This document shows, piece by piece, positions 19,134 to 28,670 of a stretch of 64,000 nt of DNA. The stretch is from the NCBI GenBank assembly GCA_020724865.1, contig DYGA01000002.1, forward strand, positions 12,032-76,031, in the 5' to 3' direction. This stretch comes from Candidatus Paceibacter sp. (GTDB lineage: Bacteria > Patescibacteriota > Patescibacteriia > S139-126). How positions within the stretch are numbered: position 1 is the stretch's first letter; each line of letters opens with the position of its first letter. Both the position numbers and the translations under genes were made by a program. Below the pieces are notes generated by a model, which saw only the letters and a list, made by a program, of their open reading frames with translations, was not told the origin of the DNA and did no database searches.

Positions 19134-21635
19134 ATGCCAATTACTATAGATGAAAAAAAGATTGTTGGTTTAACTAAAACAGAAGCGGCAGAGAAACTTT
19201 TAGTTTTTGGGCCCAACGAAATTAATGCCAAAAAAAAGTTATCAGCTTGGCTACAGTTTTGGCGCCTTTTCAAAAATCCTCTCATAATTATTTTATTAAT
19301 ATCTGCTTTTTTTTCTGCCATATTGGGTGAATATACCAGTGCTTTGGTTATTTTGGTTATGATTTTGTTTAGCGTTTGTTTGGATTTTTATCAGGAGTAT
19401 AAAACTAGTCGAGAAATAGAAAAATTGCAAGCAAAATTGATGTTAACCGCTACGGTTATTCGTGATAATGTGAAGCAAGAAATTTTTGCCAAGTTTATCG
19501 TACCGGGTGATATTATTTTTCTTTCTGCTGGTGATATCGTGCCAGCCGACGGTTGGTTAATAGATGCTGACGATTTATTTGTTGACGAGTCAGCCTTAAC
19601 AGGTGAAAGTTTGCCGATAGAAAAAATAAGATCTGAAAATAAGGATAAAATTCAAAAGAATAATCAATTATTTGCTGGTACTAATATAATATCTGGAACC
19701 GGTTATTTACAAATAACCGCTACTGGTATAAATACTCAATTTGGCAAGATTGCGCAATCATTGCAACAAACCAAGCAGATTACCGCCTTTGAAAAAGGAG
19801 TGAGATCTTTTGGCAATTTAATTGTTCGGGTAACTGTTTTTATAGTATTAACAATATTTTTGATTATTATTATTAAACCTATTATTTATAATATTCCGTT
19901 TGGCCAATTTGAATTATTGCACGCTTTTATTTTTGCTATTGCCGTTGCTGTTGGATTGACGCCTGAGTTGTTACCAATGATTCTTAGTATCAATATGGCC
20001 AAAGGTTCGATTGCCATGGCTAAAAAGGGAGTGATGGTTAAAAGATTAAATGCCATTCCTGATTTTGGCAGTATTGACGTATTATGTACCGATAAAACAG
20101 GTACTTTAACTGAAGGTAAGATCAATTTAGTTAAATATTTAAATGTCAAAGGTGAGGAGTCAGAACATATTTTATATTTGGCTTATATTAATAGTTTTTT
20201 TCAAACTGGTTTAAAAAATCCTTTAGATTCAGCAATTGTTGATTATAAAAAATTTGATTTGAAAGATTATAAAAAAATAGATGAATTACCCTATGATTTT
20301 AATCGAAAAATGTTATCAATCGTAGTAGAGCAAGCAGGAAAAAGATTTATGTATACAAAAGGTCAGCCCGAAGAGATATTAAAAATTTGCCAATATTATA
20401 ATGATAATAATCAACAGTTTACGATTGATAAATTATTTTTGCAAGAATTTTTGCAAGTTTATCATCAATTGAGTAATGATGGTTTTAAAGTGTTGGCAGT
20501 TTGCGGTCGTGAGGTTGACAATGCCCGGGATGTATACCCTATTAGCGAAGAAAAGGAGATGGTGCTTTATGGTTTAGTAGCTTTTTTTGATCCGCCTAAA
20601 AAAAGTTCCAAGAAAACCTTGCAGCAATTGATAAATTATGGGATAAACATCAAAGTTATAACTGGTGATAATGAATTAGTAACCAAAAAAATATGCAATG
20701 ATTTAGCTATTGAAATTAAAGGTATAATTACCGGCGATGAGATTGAAAAAATAAATGATCAAGCTTTACAAGTTTTGGTATTACAAAACACTATTTTTGC
20801 TAGGTGCTCACCTCAACAGAAAAATCGTATTTTACTTGCCTTGCGTAATCGTGGTCAAGTAGTTGGTTATTTAGGTGATGGTATTAATGATGCTCCGTCT
20901 TTAAAAACGGCTGATGTAGGTATTTCAGTCAACAATGCCGTCGACGTAGCTAAAGAATCTGCTGATATTGTTCTGATGCATAAAAGTTTAGATGAATTGA
21001 CCGCTGGCATTGTCGAAGGTAGAAAAACATTTGGTAATACTATGAAATATATGATGATGGGTATTAGTTCTAATTTTGGTAATATGTTTAGTATGATTTT
21101 TGCTGTGTCTTATTTGCCCTTTTTACCAATGCAGCCGTTTCAGATTTTATTGAATAATTCTTTGTATGATTTGTCGCAAGTTACAATTCCTACTGACAAT
21201 GTTGACGAAGAGTATTTAAAGAAACCGAAGCATTGGAATATAGATTTTTTAAAAAAATTTATGTTTATTTTTGGTGCGATTAGCTCAGTATTTGATATAT
21301 TAACTTTTTTATTATTATTTAATTTTTTTAAATTGACAGCACCAGCTTTCCAAACCGGTTGGTTTATAGAATCTTTAGCGACCCAGACCTTGGTAATTTA
21401 TTTTATTCGTACCCGTCGTTCAATTTTTAAATCAAAACCCAGTAAATATTTATTATTTACAACTTTGGGCGTAGTGTCTTTTGCTGTGTTGTTACCTTAT
21501 ACATTTTTAGGATCATATTTTAGCTTCATTCCTTTACCAATAAATATTTTATTAACATTGTTTATTTTAGTAGCAGTTTATTTGTTGTTAGTTGAGATAA
21601 CAAAAAGATGGTTTTACAGACGTTATGAAATTTGA
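19134..21635 (+). CDS. Cation-transporting P-type ATPase (P2/P3 type, MgtA- or Ca-ATPase-like)
   Basis: [30 protein letters not shown]4 PELLP motif, 10 predicted TM helices. Confidence 0.75.
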   Translation: MPITIDEKKIVGLTKTEAAEKLLVFGPNEINAKKKLSAWLQFWRLFKNPLIIILLISAFFSAILGEYTSALVILVMILFSVCLDFYQEYKTSREIEKLQAKLMLTATVIRDNVKQEIFAKFIVPGDIIFLSAGDIVPADGWLIDADDLFVDESALTGESLPIEKIRSENKDKIQKNNQLFAGTNIISGTGYLQITATGINTQFGKIAQSLQQTKQITAFEKGVRSFGNLIVRVTVFIVLTIFLIIIIKPIIYNIPFGQFELLHAFIFAIAVAVGLTPELLPMILSINMAKGSIAMAKKGVMVKRLNAIPDFGSIDVLCTDKTGTLTEGKINLVKYLNVKGEESEHILYLAYINSFFQTGLKNPLDSAIVDYKKFDLKDYKKIDELPYDFNRKMLSIVVEQAGKRFMYTKGQPEEILKICQYYNDNNQQFTIDKLFLQEFLQVYHQLSNDGFKVLAVCGREVDNARDVYPISEEKEMVLYGLVAFFDPPKKSSKKTLQQLINYGINIKVITGDNELVTKKICNDLAIEIKGIITGDEIEKINDQALQVLVLQNTIFARCSPQQKNRILLALRNRGQVVGYLGDGINDAPSLKTADVGISVNNAVDVAKESADIVLMHKSLDELTAGIVEGRKTFGNTMKYMMMGISSNFGNMFSMIFAVSYLPFLPMQPFQILLNNSLYDLSQVTIPTDNVDEEYLKKPKHWNIDFLKKFMFIFGAISSVFDILTFLLLFNFFKLTAPAFQTGWFIESLATQTLVIYFIRTRRSIFKSKPSKYLLFTTLGVVSFAVLLPYTFLGSYFSFIPLPINILLTLFILVAVYLLLVEITKRWFYRRYEI

Positions 21636-21673
21636 TTAAATATTTTATATTTATTTTTTTGTAATTATTACAG

Positions 21674-22888
21674 TTGATGAAAATTTATAGTAAAAAAATT
21701 TTATTGTTTTTTTTCATTTTAGTGGGCTCAAGTGGCTTGCTTTTTTATATTTTACAAAAACCAACTTTTTCTGAAGAAAAAAAGGTGGAACCTGAAGCGG
21801 TTGTATTTGTGCCGCCTGACAGAATTGTTGAATATGAAATTGTGGCTAACGATACTTATGGGGTGATCATGGCTAATCAAGGCATAAGTTCTATTGATAC
21901 GGCGGCCATATATCAAGCCGCTCAAGAGCAGTACGATTTAGCAAAAATTGGTGTAGGTAAAAAAATAAAATTTTATTTTAAACCGGAAACAGACGAGTTT
22001 TATAAATTGTATTATCAAATTGATAGTGAGGAAGAGTTATGGGTAGAAAAAGGAGATAATGGTGAATGGCAAGCAGCAAGACAAGACATACCTTATGAAA
22101 TAAAAATTGTTACCAGTAGTGGGACAATTGAAAAATTTTTATATGCTGACGCTTTAGCTGCCGGAGTAGACGAGCGGGCAGTAATTGCTTGGGCAGAGAT
22201 GTTGCAGTGGAGTTTGGATTTTGCTATGGATGTACAAGTGGGTGATTCTTATAAGTTTATTTATGAACAAAGGTTTTTAAACGGTGAATATGTTATGCCC
22301 GGTAGGGTATTGGCAGGAAAATTTATTAACGCTGGTAAAGCTTATTATGGTTTTAGCTATACTGATCCCGAAGGCAATAGCGGTTACTATGATGAACAGG
22401 GTAATAATGTGCAAAAAATGTTTCTAAAAGCACCGGTAGCTTTTAAATACATTTCTAGTGGTTTTACTACTGGTGCCAGATATATTCAAGCTTTTAATAT
22501 ATCCACTGGCCATCGGGCAATTGATTATGCGGCTGCGGCTGGAACTCCAGTTCGAAGTGTGGGCGCTGGTACAGTAATTTTTGCTGGCTGGGACGGATCT
22601 TATGGCAATAAAGTAAGCATCAGGCATAATGGTACTTATACCACTAACTATGCCCATTTATCTAAAATTTTAGTAAAACGCGGACAAAAGGTTAGTCAAG
22701 GTGATACTATTGGCTTAGTTGGTTCCACCGGGTTGTCAACCGGACCGCATTTGCATTATGAAATGGTAAAAAATGGCGTAAAAATAAATCCTTTACAGGA
22801 AGTATTGCCCCCCGGAGAACCTTTAAAAACTGAGTATCAGGATGATTATTTTGCTCAGATTGCTGTTTGGCAAGAACAACTTGATTAG
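21674..22888 (+). CDS. M23-family (LytM-like) metallopeptidase with an N-terminal membrane anchor
   Basis: HRAIDYAA...GAGTVIFAGWDGSYGNKVSIRH...GSTGLSTGPHLHYE (HxxxD and HxH motifs). Confidence 0.8.
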   Translation: MMKIYSKKILLFFFILVGSSGLLFYILQKPTFSEEKKVEPEAVVFVPPDRIVEYEIVANDTYGVIMANQGISSIDTAAIYQAAQEQYDLAKIGVGKKIKFYFKPETDEFYKLYYQIDSEEELWVEKGDNGEWQAARQDIPYEIKIVTSSGTIEKFLYADALAAGVDERAVIAWAEMLQWSLDFAMDVQVGDSYKFIYEQRFLNGEYVMPGRVLAGKFINAGKAYYGFSYTDPEGNSGYYDEQGNNVQKMFLKAPVAFKYISSGFTTGARYIQAFNISTGHRAIDYAAAAGTPVRSVGAGTVIFAGWDGSYGNKVSIRHNGTYTTNYAHLSKILVKRGQKVSQGDTIGLVGSTGLSTGPHLHYEMVKNGVKINPLQEVLPPGEPLKTEYQDDYFAQIAVWQEQLD

Positions 22889-22968
22889 AAATAAATTGAC
22901 AACTTGTATTTTTATATCTAAGATATTCTAATTGTTTTGTTTTTTTAAAAATAAATATAGGAGAAAGA

Positions 22969-23163
22969 GTGATGAAAAAGAAAGTAATGTTATTTTTATC
23001 AGTTTTATTTTTATTTTTTGGTTTATCATTTTGTGTGTTGTCTTCGTTTGTTCCTTTGACAATTATCCCAATATCTGGAGATCTTGCTTCCTTGGCTGGT
23101 TTGTTATTTTTGTTTATCTCTTTATGGTTATTGTTTAGGGCTGATCGAGTTAACAGCAATTAA
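22969..23163 (+). CDS. Small hydrophobic protein (two TM helices)
   Basis: 64 aa ORF with an upstream aggag RBS; weak support. Confidence 0.3.
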   Translation: MMKKKVMLFLSVLFLFFGLSFCVLSSFVPLTIIPISGDLASLAGLLFLFISLWLLFRADRVNSN

Positions 23164-23164
23164 T

Positions 23165-24037
23165 TTATGCTTTGCCTTTAGGCAAAGCTTTTTTATTGGT
23201 TTTGATAAATTTTTCAAAGCTAGCTAGATTGTTGAAATATTTTATTAACGGAGAATTAATTTTTTTTTCACTTTCTTTCCAACCATTACCGCCGAAACCA
23301 AGAAAGATATTGTGTTTTTTAGCATAGGTAACTAAATCATTTAAAAATTTTTTATTATTAATTTTAGAATAAGTATTAGTGATACCAATAAAATGTGGTT
23401 GAATTTTTTTTGCGGCTTTAATAATTTCTGTGGCACTGATATTAATACCCAAAATATAATTTTTCCAACCATTGGCTTTTAGTAAGACAGCTATCATTTG
23501 CAATGGAATTTCATGATGATCGCCTTCAGCACAGGCCAGTATAGCTTTGGGTGCTTGGTTGTTAGGTTCTGGTATGATTTGTTCCAATGCGAACAATTGT
23601 AACCGTAAAATAAAACTCATTTGGTGTTCTTCAAAGATAGATATTTTGTTTTGCGCCCAATCGTTCCCAATTTTTACTAGCGTTGGCGTAAAAATATTTT
23701 CCAGTATTTTAATAACAGGATAATTTTTTAAAAATAATTGTTCAATAAATTTTTGGGCGCCAGCAGTATCAGATTTTTTCAAATAATCATAAAATTTAGG
23801 CCATAAAGAATCATTTATTTCTTTGGTTTTTAAGAGCCGAGATAAGGTGTAAGACTGATTAGCTAGTTTTGGATAGTTTTTAATAAATTTTTGTAATTCA
23901 ATTTTACTAATCCGTCGATGGCCGCCAGTTGTTTTTTGAGCTGGCAGCATACCTTTGTCTGCCCATCTTTTAATAGTGGAAACGTTAACGCCAAAGAGGC
24001 GAGCTAATTGGGGTGGTGTAAAATGCACGTTTTGCAT
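23165..24037 (-). CDS. MerR/excisionase-type HTH regulator with a C-terminal cobalamin (B12)-binding domain (CarH/LitR-like architecture)
   Basis: N-terminal HTH (LARLFGVNVSTIKRWADKGML). Middle helical bundle with a conserved Trp. C-terminal DxHxxG motif (AEGDHHEIPLQMIAVLLKANGW) plus ...GFGGNGW. Confidence 0.6.
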   Translation of the reverse strand: MQNVHFTPPQLARLFGVNVSTIKRWADKGMLPAQKTTGGHRRISKIELQKFIKNYPKLANQSYTLSRLLKTKEINDSLWPKFYDYLKKSDTAGAQKFIEQLFLKNYPVIKILENIFTPTLVKIGNDWAQNKISIFEEHQMSFILRLQLFALEQIIPEPNNQAPKAILACAEGDHHEIPLQMIAVLLKANGWKNYILGINISATEIIKAAKKIQPHFIGITNTYSKINNKKFLNDLVTYAKKHNIFLGFGGNGWKESEKKINSPLIKYFNNLASFEKFIKTNKKALPKGKA

Positions 24038-24103
24038 GTTTATAGTTTAACAGCTATATTAAATCTACGCAAATAGTGCGTTTTAATAATTAACCAAAAA
24101 AAT

Positions 24104-24958
24104 ATGAAAAAAATATTGTTTTCTTTAGTTATAGCCGTTTTGGTAGGAGGATTATTTACTCCTAGTGTCAAGGCTTACAGTGATACTAAAGGCAAGGTCC
24201 TTTTGCAAGTTGAGGATAAAGGTCAACTTTGGTATATCGCCAATGACGGCAAATCTAAGTTTTATTTAGGTTCGCCAGTTGATATGTTTCGCCTGATGCG
24301 TTTTCAGGGTGTGGGTATTTCCAATAGCGATTTAGCTAAAATTCCTGAAGCTGGTAAATCGCAGATGGGTGATAAAAATTTTGCCAATCTGCAAAAAGGT
24401 AAAATTTTATTACAGGTAGAGCAAAATGGTGAAGCCTGGTACGTTCATCCGCAAACCGGTGAAAGACATTATTTAGGCACACCTCAAGCAGCGTTTAATC
24501 TGTTTAAATCAATTGCAAGTGGCGCCAGTAATGCTCATTTGAGTAAAATACCTGAAGTTAAAGATATTACCTTGACCGCAATTAATGCCAAATCTTTTAA
24601 TACTTTGGTAGCAGCTCTTAGTGCCGCTGGATTGGCAGATGTTTTGCAAAATAGCGGACCATTTACAGTTTTTGCTCCCACTGATGAAGCTTTTGCTAAA
24701 TTACCAGCTGGTACGGTAGAATCTTTGCTAAATGATATTGATCAATTGACTAAAATATTAACTTACCATGTTGTTCCCGGTAAAGTATTAGCTAAGGATG
24801 TAGTTAAATTAAATTCGGCCCCAACAGTTAATGGTAAAAATATTAGTATTCAAGTTGATAATGGAAAAGTTTTGATTGATAATGCCAAAGTCACAGTAAC
24901 TGATATTATGGCTACCAATGGTGTAATTCATATTATAGATAGCGTTCTTCTACCGTAG
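24104..24958 (+). CDS. Secreted protein with two ~55-aa N-terminal repeats and a C-terminal fasciclin (FAS1) domain
   Basis: Signal peptide. Repeats KGKVLLQVEDKGQLWYI.../KGKILLQVEQNGEAWYV... FAS1 hallmarks TVFAPTDEAF...HVV...VIHIIDSVLLP. Confidence 0.75.
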   Translation: MKKILFSLVIAVLVGGLFTPSVKAYSDTKGKVLLQVEDKGQLWYIANDGKSKFYLGSPVDMFRLMRFQGVGISNSDLAKIPEAGKSQMGDKNFANLQKGKILLQVEQNGEAWYVHPQTGERHYLGTPQAAFNLFKSIASGASNAHLSKIPEVKDITLTAINAKSFNTLVAALSAAGLADVLQNSGPFTVFAPTDEAFAKLPAGTVESLLNDIDQLTKILTYHVVPGKVLAKDVVKLNSAPTVNGKNISIQVDNGKVLIDNAKVTVTDIMATNGVIHIIDSVLLP

Positions 24959-24978
24959 GATTTAGTTCTTTTAGAAAA

Positions 24979-25008
24979 AAAGTCCTAAAATTTAGGACTT
25001 TTTTTTAT
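24979..25008 (+). terminator. Rho-independent terminator
   Basis: aaagtcctaaa-attt-taggacttt followed by tttttt. Confidence 0.7.
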
Positions 25009-25055
25009 AATTAATATATATGTTATACTAGAAATATAAAGATTAATATTTATCT

Positions 25056-25298
25056 ATGATTGATTATCAATTAGCTTTGAACATAATAAAAATTGCCGGT
25101 ATTACCAATATTTTGTTTTTACTACTGACTTTTTTTTCTTGTCGTTGTTTAATGGGTCCCAAATTATCACAAAAGTTAGTACAGTATGAATGGTTTAAAA
25201 AGTTTTATCGCTGGCATTGTTATTTTTGGTGGGGATTTTATATTTCCGTAATTATCCACACTATATTTGCTTGGTATTTGTTTGGCTTTGGTTTTTAG
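25056..25298 (+). CDS. Small membrane protein
   Basis: 80 aa, two hydrophobic helices. Confidence 0.35.
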   Translation: MIDYQLALNIIKIAGITNILFLLLTFFSCRCLMGPKLSQKLVQYEWFKKFYRWHCYFWWGFYISVIIHTIFAWYLFGFGF

Positions 25299-25458
25299 AC
25301 TACGGAATAAAATTTAGTCACTGATATTTAAATGATTAAAATACCTGGAAAAAATAATTAGATAATAAAAATATTTTAAGCAATTTGTCAGGTATTTACG
25401 CGAGAGCGGATTAAATTTTTACCCTACACAAAATTTGTTTCAGTCAAAAATATAATAT

Positions 25459-25950
25459 ATGTATCGGATAATTTTTTATATTTTTTTATTTTTTGTTTTT
25501 ACAGGTTGTGCCACCCAGTCAACATTTACTAATCAGAATATTAATAATAATTATATGCAATTAACTAGTAAAGATTTTTCCGATCATACATATTTATCTT
25601 CTGAATTTACTTGTGATGGCGAAAACAAAAGACCCCAATTAGCTTGGTCACAAGTGCCTACAGCAACCAAGTCGCTGGCTTTGGCCATGTTTGATCCTGA
25701 CGCTCCAGGAGATGGGTTTTTACATTGGTTGGTAGTAAATTTACCGCCGCAGGATTTATCATTGGCTAGCTCTGACAATTTACCTTCACCGGCAATGCAG
25801 ATAAAAAATGATGCAGGAAAATTTGAATATTTTGGACCTTGTCCGCCTCAGGGAGTACATCGTTATCAGTTTACTTTGTATGCTTTAGATGTTCCATCTA
25901 TAAATCCAACAGATTATCAAGATTTTTGCAGCAGATTAATGGACATATAG
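25459..25950 (+). CDS. YbhB/YbcL-family PEBP (Raf-kinase-inhibitor-like) lipoprotein
   Basis: Lipobox FTGCAT. DPDAP and HRY motifs (MFDPDAPGDGFLHW...GVHRYQFTLYALD). Confidence 0.8.
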   Translation: MYRIIFYIFLFFVFTGCATQSTFTNQNINNNYMQLTSKDFSDHTYLSSEFTCDGENKRPQLAWSQVPTATKSLALAMFDPDAPGDGFLHWLVVNLPPQDLSLASSDNLPSPAMQIKNDAGKFEYFGPCPPQGVHRYQFTLYALDVPSINPTDYQDFCSRLMDI

Positions 25951-26327
25951 TTGAACAGGTAAGGCTGACTGGTTTGTATGAGAGAAAGAGATGATTATCA
26001 ATTACTAATTACTAATGATTAATGAATTTTTAATTAGTTAATTAATAAATTAAAACATTGATTAGTAATTAATAATTTGAATATTTTGGACCTTGTCCGC
26101 CTCAGGGAGTACATCGTTATCAGTTTACTTTGTATGCTTTAGATGTTCCATCTATAAATCCAACAGATTATCAAGATTTTTGCAGCAGATTAATGGACAT
26201 ATAGTTGAACAGGTAAGGCTGACTGGTTTGTATGAGAGAAAGAGATGATTATCAATTACTAATTACTAATGATTAATGAATTTTTAATTAGTTAATTAAT
26301 AAATTAAAACATTGATTAGTAATTAAT
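25820..26327. repeat. Perfect tandem duplication, 2 x 254 bp (25820-26073 and 26074-26327). It includes the last ~130 nt of the PEBP gene plus its downstream AT-rich repeat element.
   Basis: Base-by-base comparison of the two copies in the window; no mismatches seen. Confidence 0.85.
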
Positions 26328-26415
26328 AATTAGTTATTAGTAATTTATTAAAACCTTGTTTTATTTTGTTTAAAGTGTTATTATAATTTTGTTTAATTTT
26401 TATATTTAAGATATT

Positions 26416-26563
26416 TATGTCAAAAAAGAAAAAGTCACGATCTAAAAATCCTTCTACCGGAGTGAAATTACCAAAATTTAAAATGAGCCGCCAAAGTAAA
26501 GAATCGATGCATAGTGGTAAGTTGGCTAAAAAAACTTATGGCCGTTTTCGCAATAAAAAATAG
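26416..26563 (+). CDS. Unannotated small, highly basic protein (48 aa, MSKKKKSRSKNPSTGVKLPKFKMSRQSKESMHSGKLAKKTYGRFRNKK) with its own terminator
   Basis: Below the ORF-track size cutoff. A clean rho-independent terminator follows at 26586-26610. No family recognised. Confidence 0.35.
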
Positions 26564-26585
26564 AAAGTAAGTTTTTTATAATATA

Positions 26586-26610
26586 AAACCTGCTTGACGC
26601 AGGTTTTTTT
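26586..26610 (+). terminator. Rho-independent terminator
   Basis: aaacctgc-ttgac-gcaggttt followed by tttt. Confidence 0.7.
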
Positions 26611-26693
26611 GACAAAAAATTTATTTTTATATAAAATATAAAATTGTTTTATTGAACTTTTACAATTAAATAACATAAAAAAGGAGTAAAAAA

Positions 26694-27227
26694 ATGGAAA
26701 AAATTATTAGCGCAGTTATTTGCGGCCAGGCACAATTATTGTTGTATACTAAATTATTAGCCGATGGCAAGAAGAAATATTTTGTAGTGAATGCTAACAA
26801 CTCAGAAACGCCAGGTGGTCATGAAATTTCTTATATAAACTATAAAAAATCAATTGAAAAACATGATCATGTTGTTTTTTTAGTTGATAATGATACAAAA
26901 TATCGCGCTTTAATGATTGAGGGTTTAGATATCCCTTGGGAACCTCTGTTTGATTTATTTTTATTTGAAATGAAAATTGAAAAAATTTTTCAGACACTGG
27001 TTGGTTTAAATGAAAAAATTGATCATTACGAACTATTGGAAGTTGAAAAAGCTTTTTATAGTGATCCTGGGTTGTATGTAAATATAAGAAATAAATTAGA
27101 ATATTGGGCTGAAGATCATTCTCTGCCAATCAATGTTATTGCTAGCGTGGAAAAAATTTGCCAGCAACACGGCTATATTAAATTGGAACAATTATTAAAG
27201 TATTTAACTAATAAAGCTTTAGTTTAA
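26694..27227 (+). CDS. Hypothetical cytoplasmic protein
   Basis: 177 aa; strong RBS aaaaaggag. Confidence 0.5.
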   Translation: MEKIISAVICGQAQLLLYTKLLADGKKKYFVVNANNSETPGGHEISYINYKKSIEKHDHVVFLVDNDTKYRALMIEGLDIPWEPLFDLFLFEMKIEKIFQTLVGLNEKIDHYELLEVEKAFYSDPGLYVNIRNKLEYWAEDHSLPINVIASVEKICQQHGYIKLEQLLKYLTNKALV

Positions 27228-27233
27228 AAAATA

Positions 27234-27262
27234 AAACTGAAAACCATTGGTTTTCAGTTTTT
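27234..27262 (+). terminator. Rho-independent terminator
   Basis: aaaactgaaaacc-attg-gttttcagtttt followed by T. Confidence 0.7.
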
Positions 27263-27297
27263 TATTTGAATTTTGGTGATATGCTAAAATTGAATTT

Positions 27298-27678
27298 ATG
27301 AAAGATTATATTATCAGCGGGCAGGTAATCCATGGTTTTGACAAAGGTAAAAGCATGGGTTTTCCTACTTATAATTTACATTTAAATGCTGATTATCCTC
27401 TGGAAGATTGGCAGGGAGTTTGGTGTAGTTTGACTTATTATCGGGGACAAAAATTGTTTGGAGTTACGCACATAGGTCCAGTGCGGATATTTCAGGAAGA
27501 AAAAATAAGAGTGGAAACCCACTTGTTAGATTGGCAGGGAGATTTGTATGGTGAACAGCTGCAGGTTGAATTATTAGTAAAACTGCGAGATACGATAGAT
27601 TTTACCAACGAAACTGAGCTAATTAGACAAGTAATGGAGGATATCAGACAAGCTCGAGCTTATTTTAAGATTGAATAG
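27298..27678 (+). CDS. Monofunctional riboflavin kinase (flavokinase domain)
   Basis: GKSMGFPTYNL...THLLDWQGDLYGEQLQVELLVKLRDTIDFTNETELIRQVMEDIRQAR matches the conserved flavokinase pattern (GFPTxN; T/EAHLLDF.GDLYG; KLR.E.KF.S...L..Q...D). Confidence 0.75.
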   Translation: MKDYIISGQVIHGFDKGKSMGFPTYNLHLNADYPLEDWQGVWCSLTYYRGQKLFGVTHIGPVRIFQEEKIRVETHLLDWQGDLYGEQLQVELLVKLRDTIDFTNETELIRQVMEDIRQARAYFKIE

Positions 27679-27704
27679 TTTTATCTAAAAAAATTAGTAA
27701 AAGA

Positions 27705-27742
27705 AAAAACCGATTGCCTCGCAATCGGTTGAGATTTTTTTG
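27705..27742 (+). terminator. Rho-independent terminator
   Basis: aaccgattgc-ctc-gcaatcggtt followed by gagattttttt. Confidence 0.65.
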
Positions 27743-27824
27743 GTTTGTATAATGTGCTTATGTTTTTATAATATTGGAATTTTTAAATTGGGTCAAGAGA
27801 AAACTGTGGATAACTATCAAATTA

Positions 27825-27860
27825 AAAGCCGAAACTTTTGGTCTCGGCTTTAGAATTTTT
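27825..27860 (-). terminator. Terminator-like hairpin for the minus-strand gene 27901..28344
   Basis: gccgaaac/gtttcggc-type stem with a T-run on the minus strand. Confidence 0.4.
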
Positions 27861-27900
27861 ACTCTTTTTTAAAATTTATTTCACTAAATAAGCTCTCTCC

Positions 27901-28344
27901 TTATTCGCATATAAAAATTTCTTCATAATCAATTGCCACCAAATCTCCTGGTAAGGTTTGAAATAACCAAATTTCTCTATTTGTTTTGTCAGCAAATTTA
28001 TCAAGGTGGGCGGGAATTTTATTTTTAGCAACCAGGGTTAAGTTATAGAGTATAAACGGATCGCCAAAGCCTAGCGTATAGTTTTTACCAGTAGGTAAGT
28101 CTTTGTGGGGCCTAGTTTGATTGCAAGCGCAGGGTAGAAAGTTGTTTTTTGCGGAAAATTGTTCCAGAGGTATTTCACTTACCAAAGTAATAGTAAAAGG
28201 TGATTCAGCAATATAACCATCACTGGTATAACAAAATGTTTTTTTTCGTAAAGTGTGGTTGATCGGCAAAATTTTTACGGCAGACATTTCTTCTCTCATG
28301 TCTTTTCTCCTATTTAGTGAAGTAATAAGTTGTTTAAGGGACAA
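27901..28344 (-). CDS. Hypothetical protein
   Basis: 147 aa ORF; no motif recognised. Confidence 0.45.
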   Translation of the reverse strand: MSLKQLITSLNRRKDMREEMSAVKILPINHTLRKKTFCYTSDGYIAESPFTITLVSEIPLEQFSAKNNFLPCACNQTRPHKDLPTGKNYTLGFGDPFILYNLTLVAKNKIPAHLDKFADKTNREIWLFQTLPGDLVAIDYEEIFICE

Positions 28345-28670
28345 TTAGAAAATTGTATTTATTTTTTTATAAAAAGTCAAGAAAAATATGGTAGGAGATA
28401 GGATTTAAGATTCAGGATTCAGGAGATAGGATATAGAATAATTAAAATTTATAAATTAAATACTAATTGACAAATACTAAATTCAAAGCACTAAATCCTA
28501 AATAATTTTTAAATTCAAATTATTTAAATTCAAAACAATATAGAAGTCATAAGTTTTGAATATTAGAATTTATTATTTATTTAATTAGTTATTAGTAATT
28601 TTATATAATTTTTACCCTTGAATTTTTATGGTAGCAAAGTTAAACTAAACCCACTTATATTTTTTAAAAA

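Noticed and set aside
19134-21635. Naming the P-type ATPase mgtA
   Set aside because: The PELLP TM4 motif and overall layout fit the MgtA/Ca-ATPase group, but ion specificity cannot be decided from sequence inspection alone.
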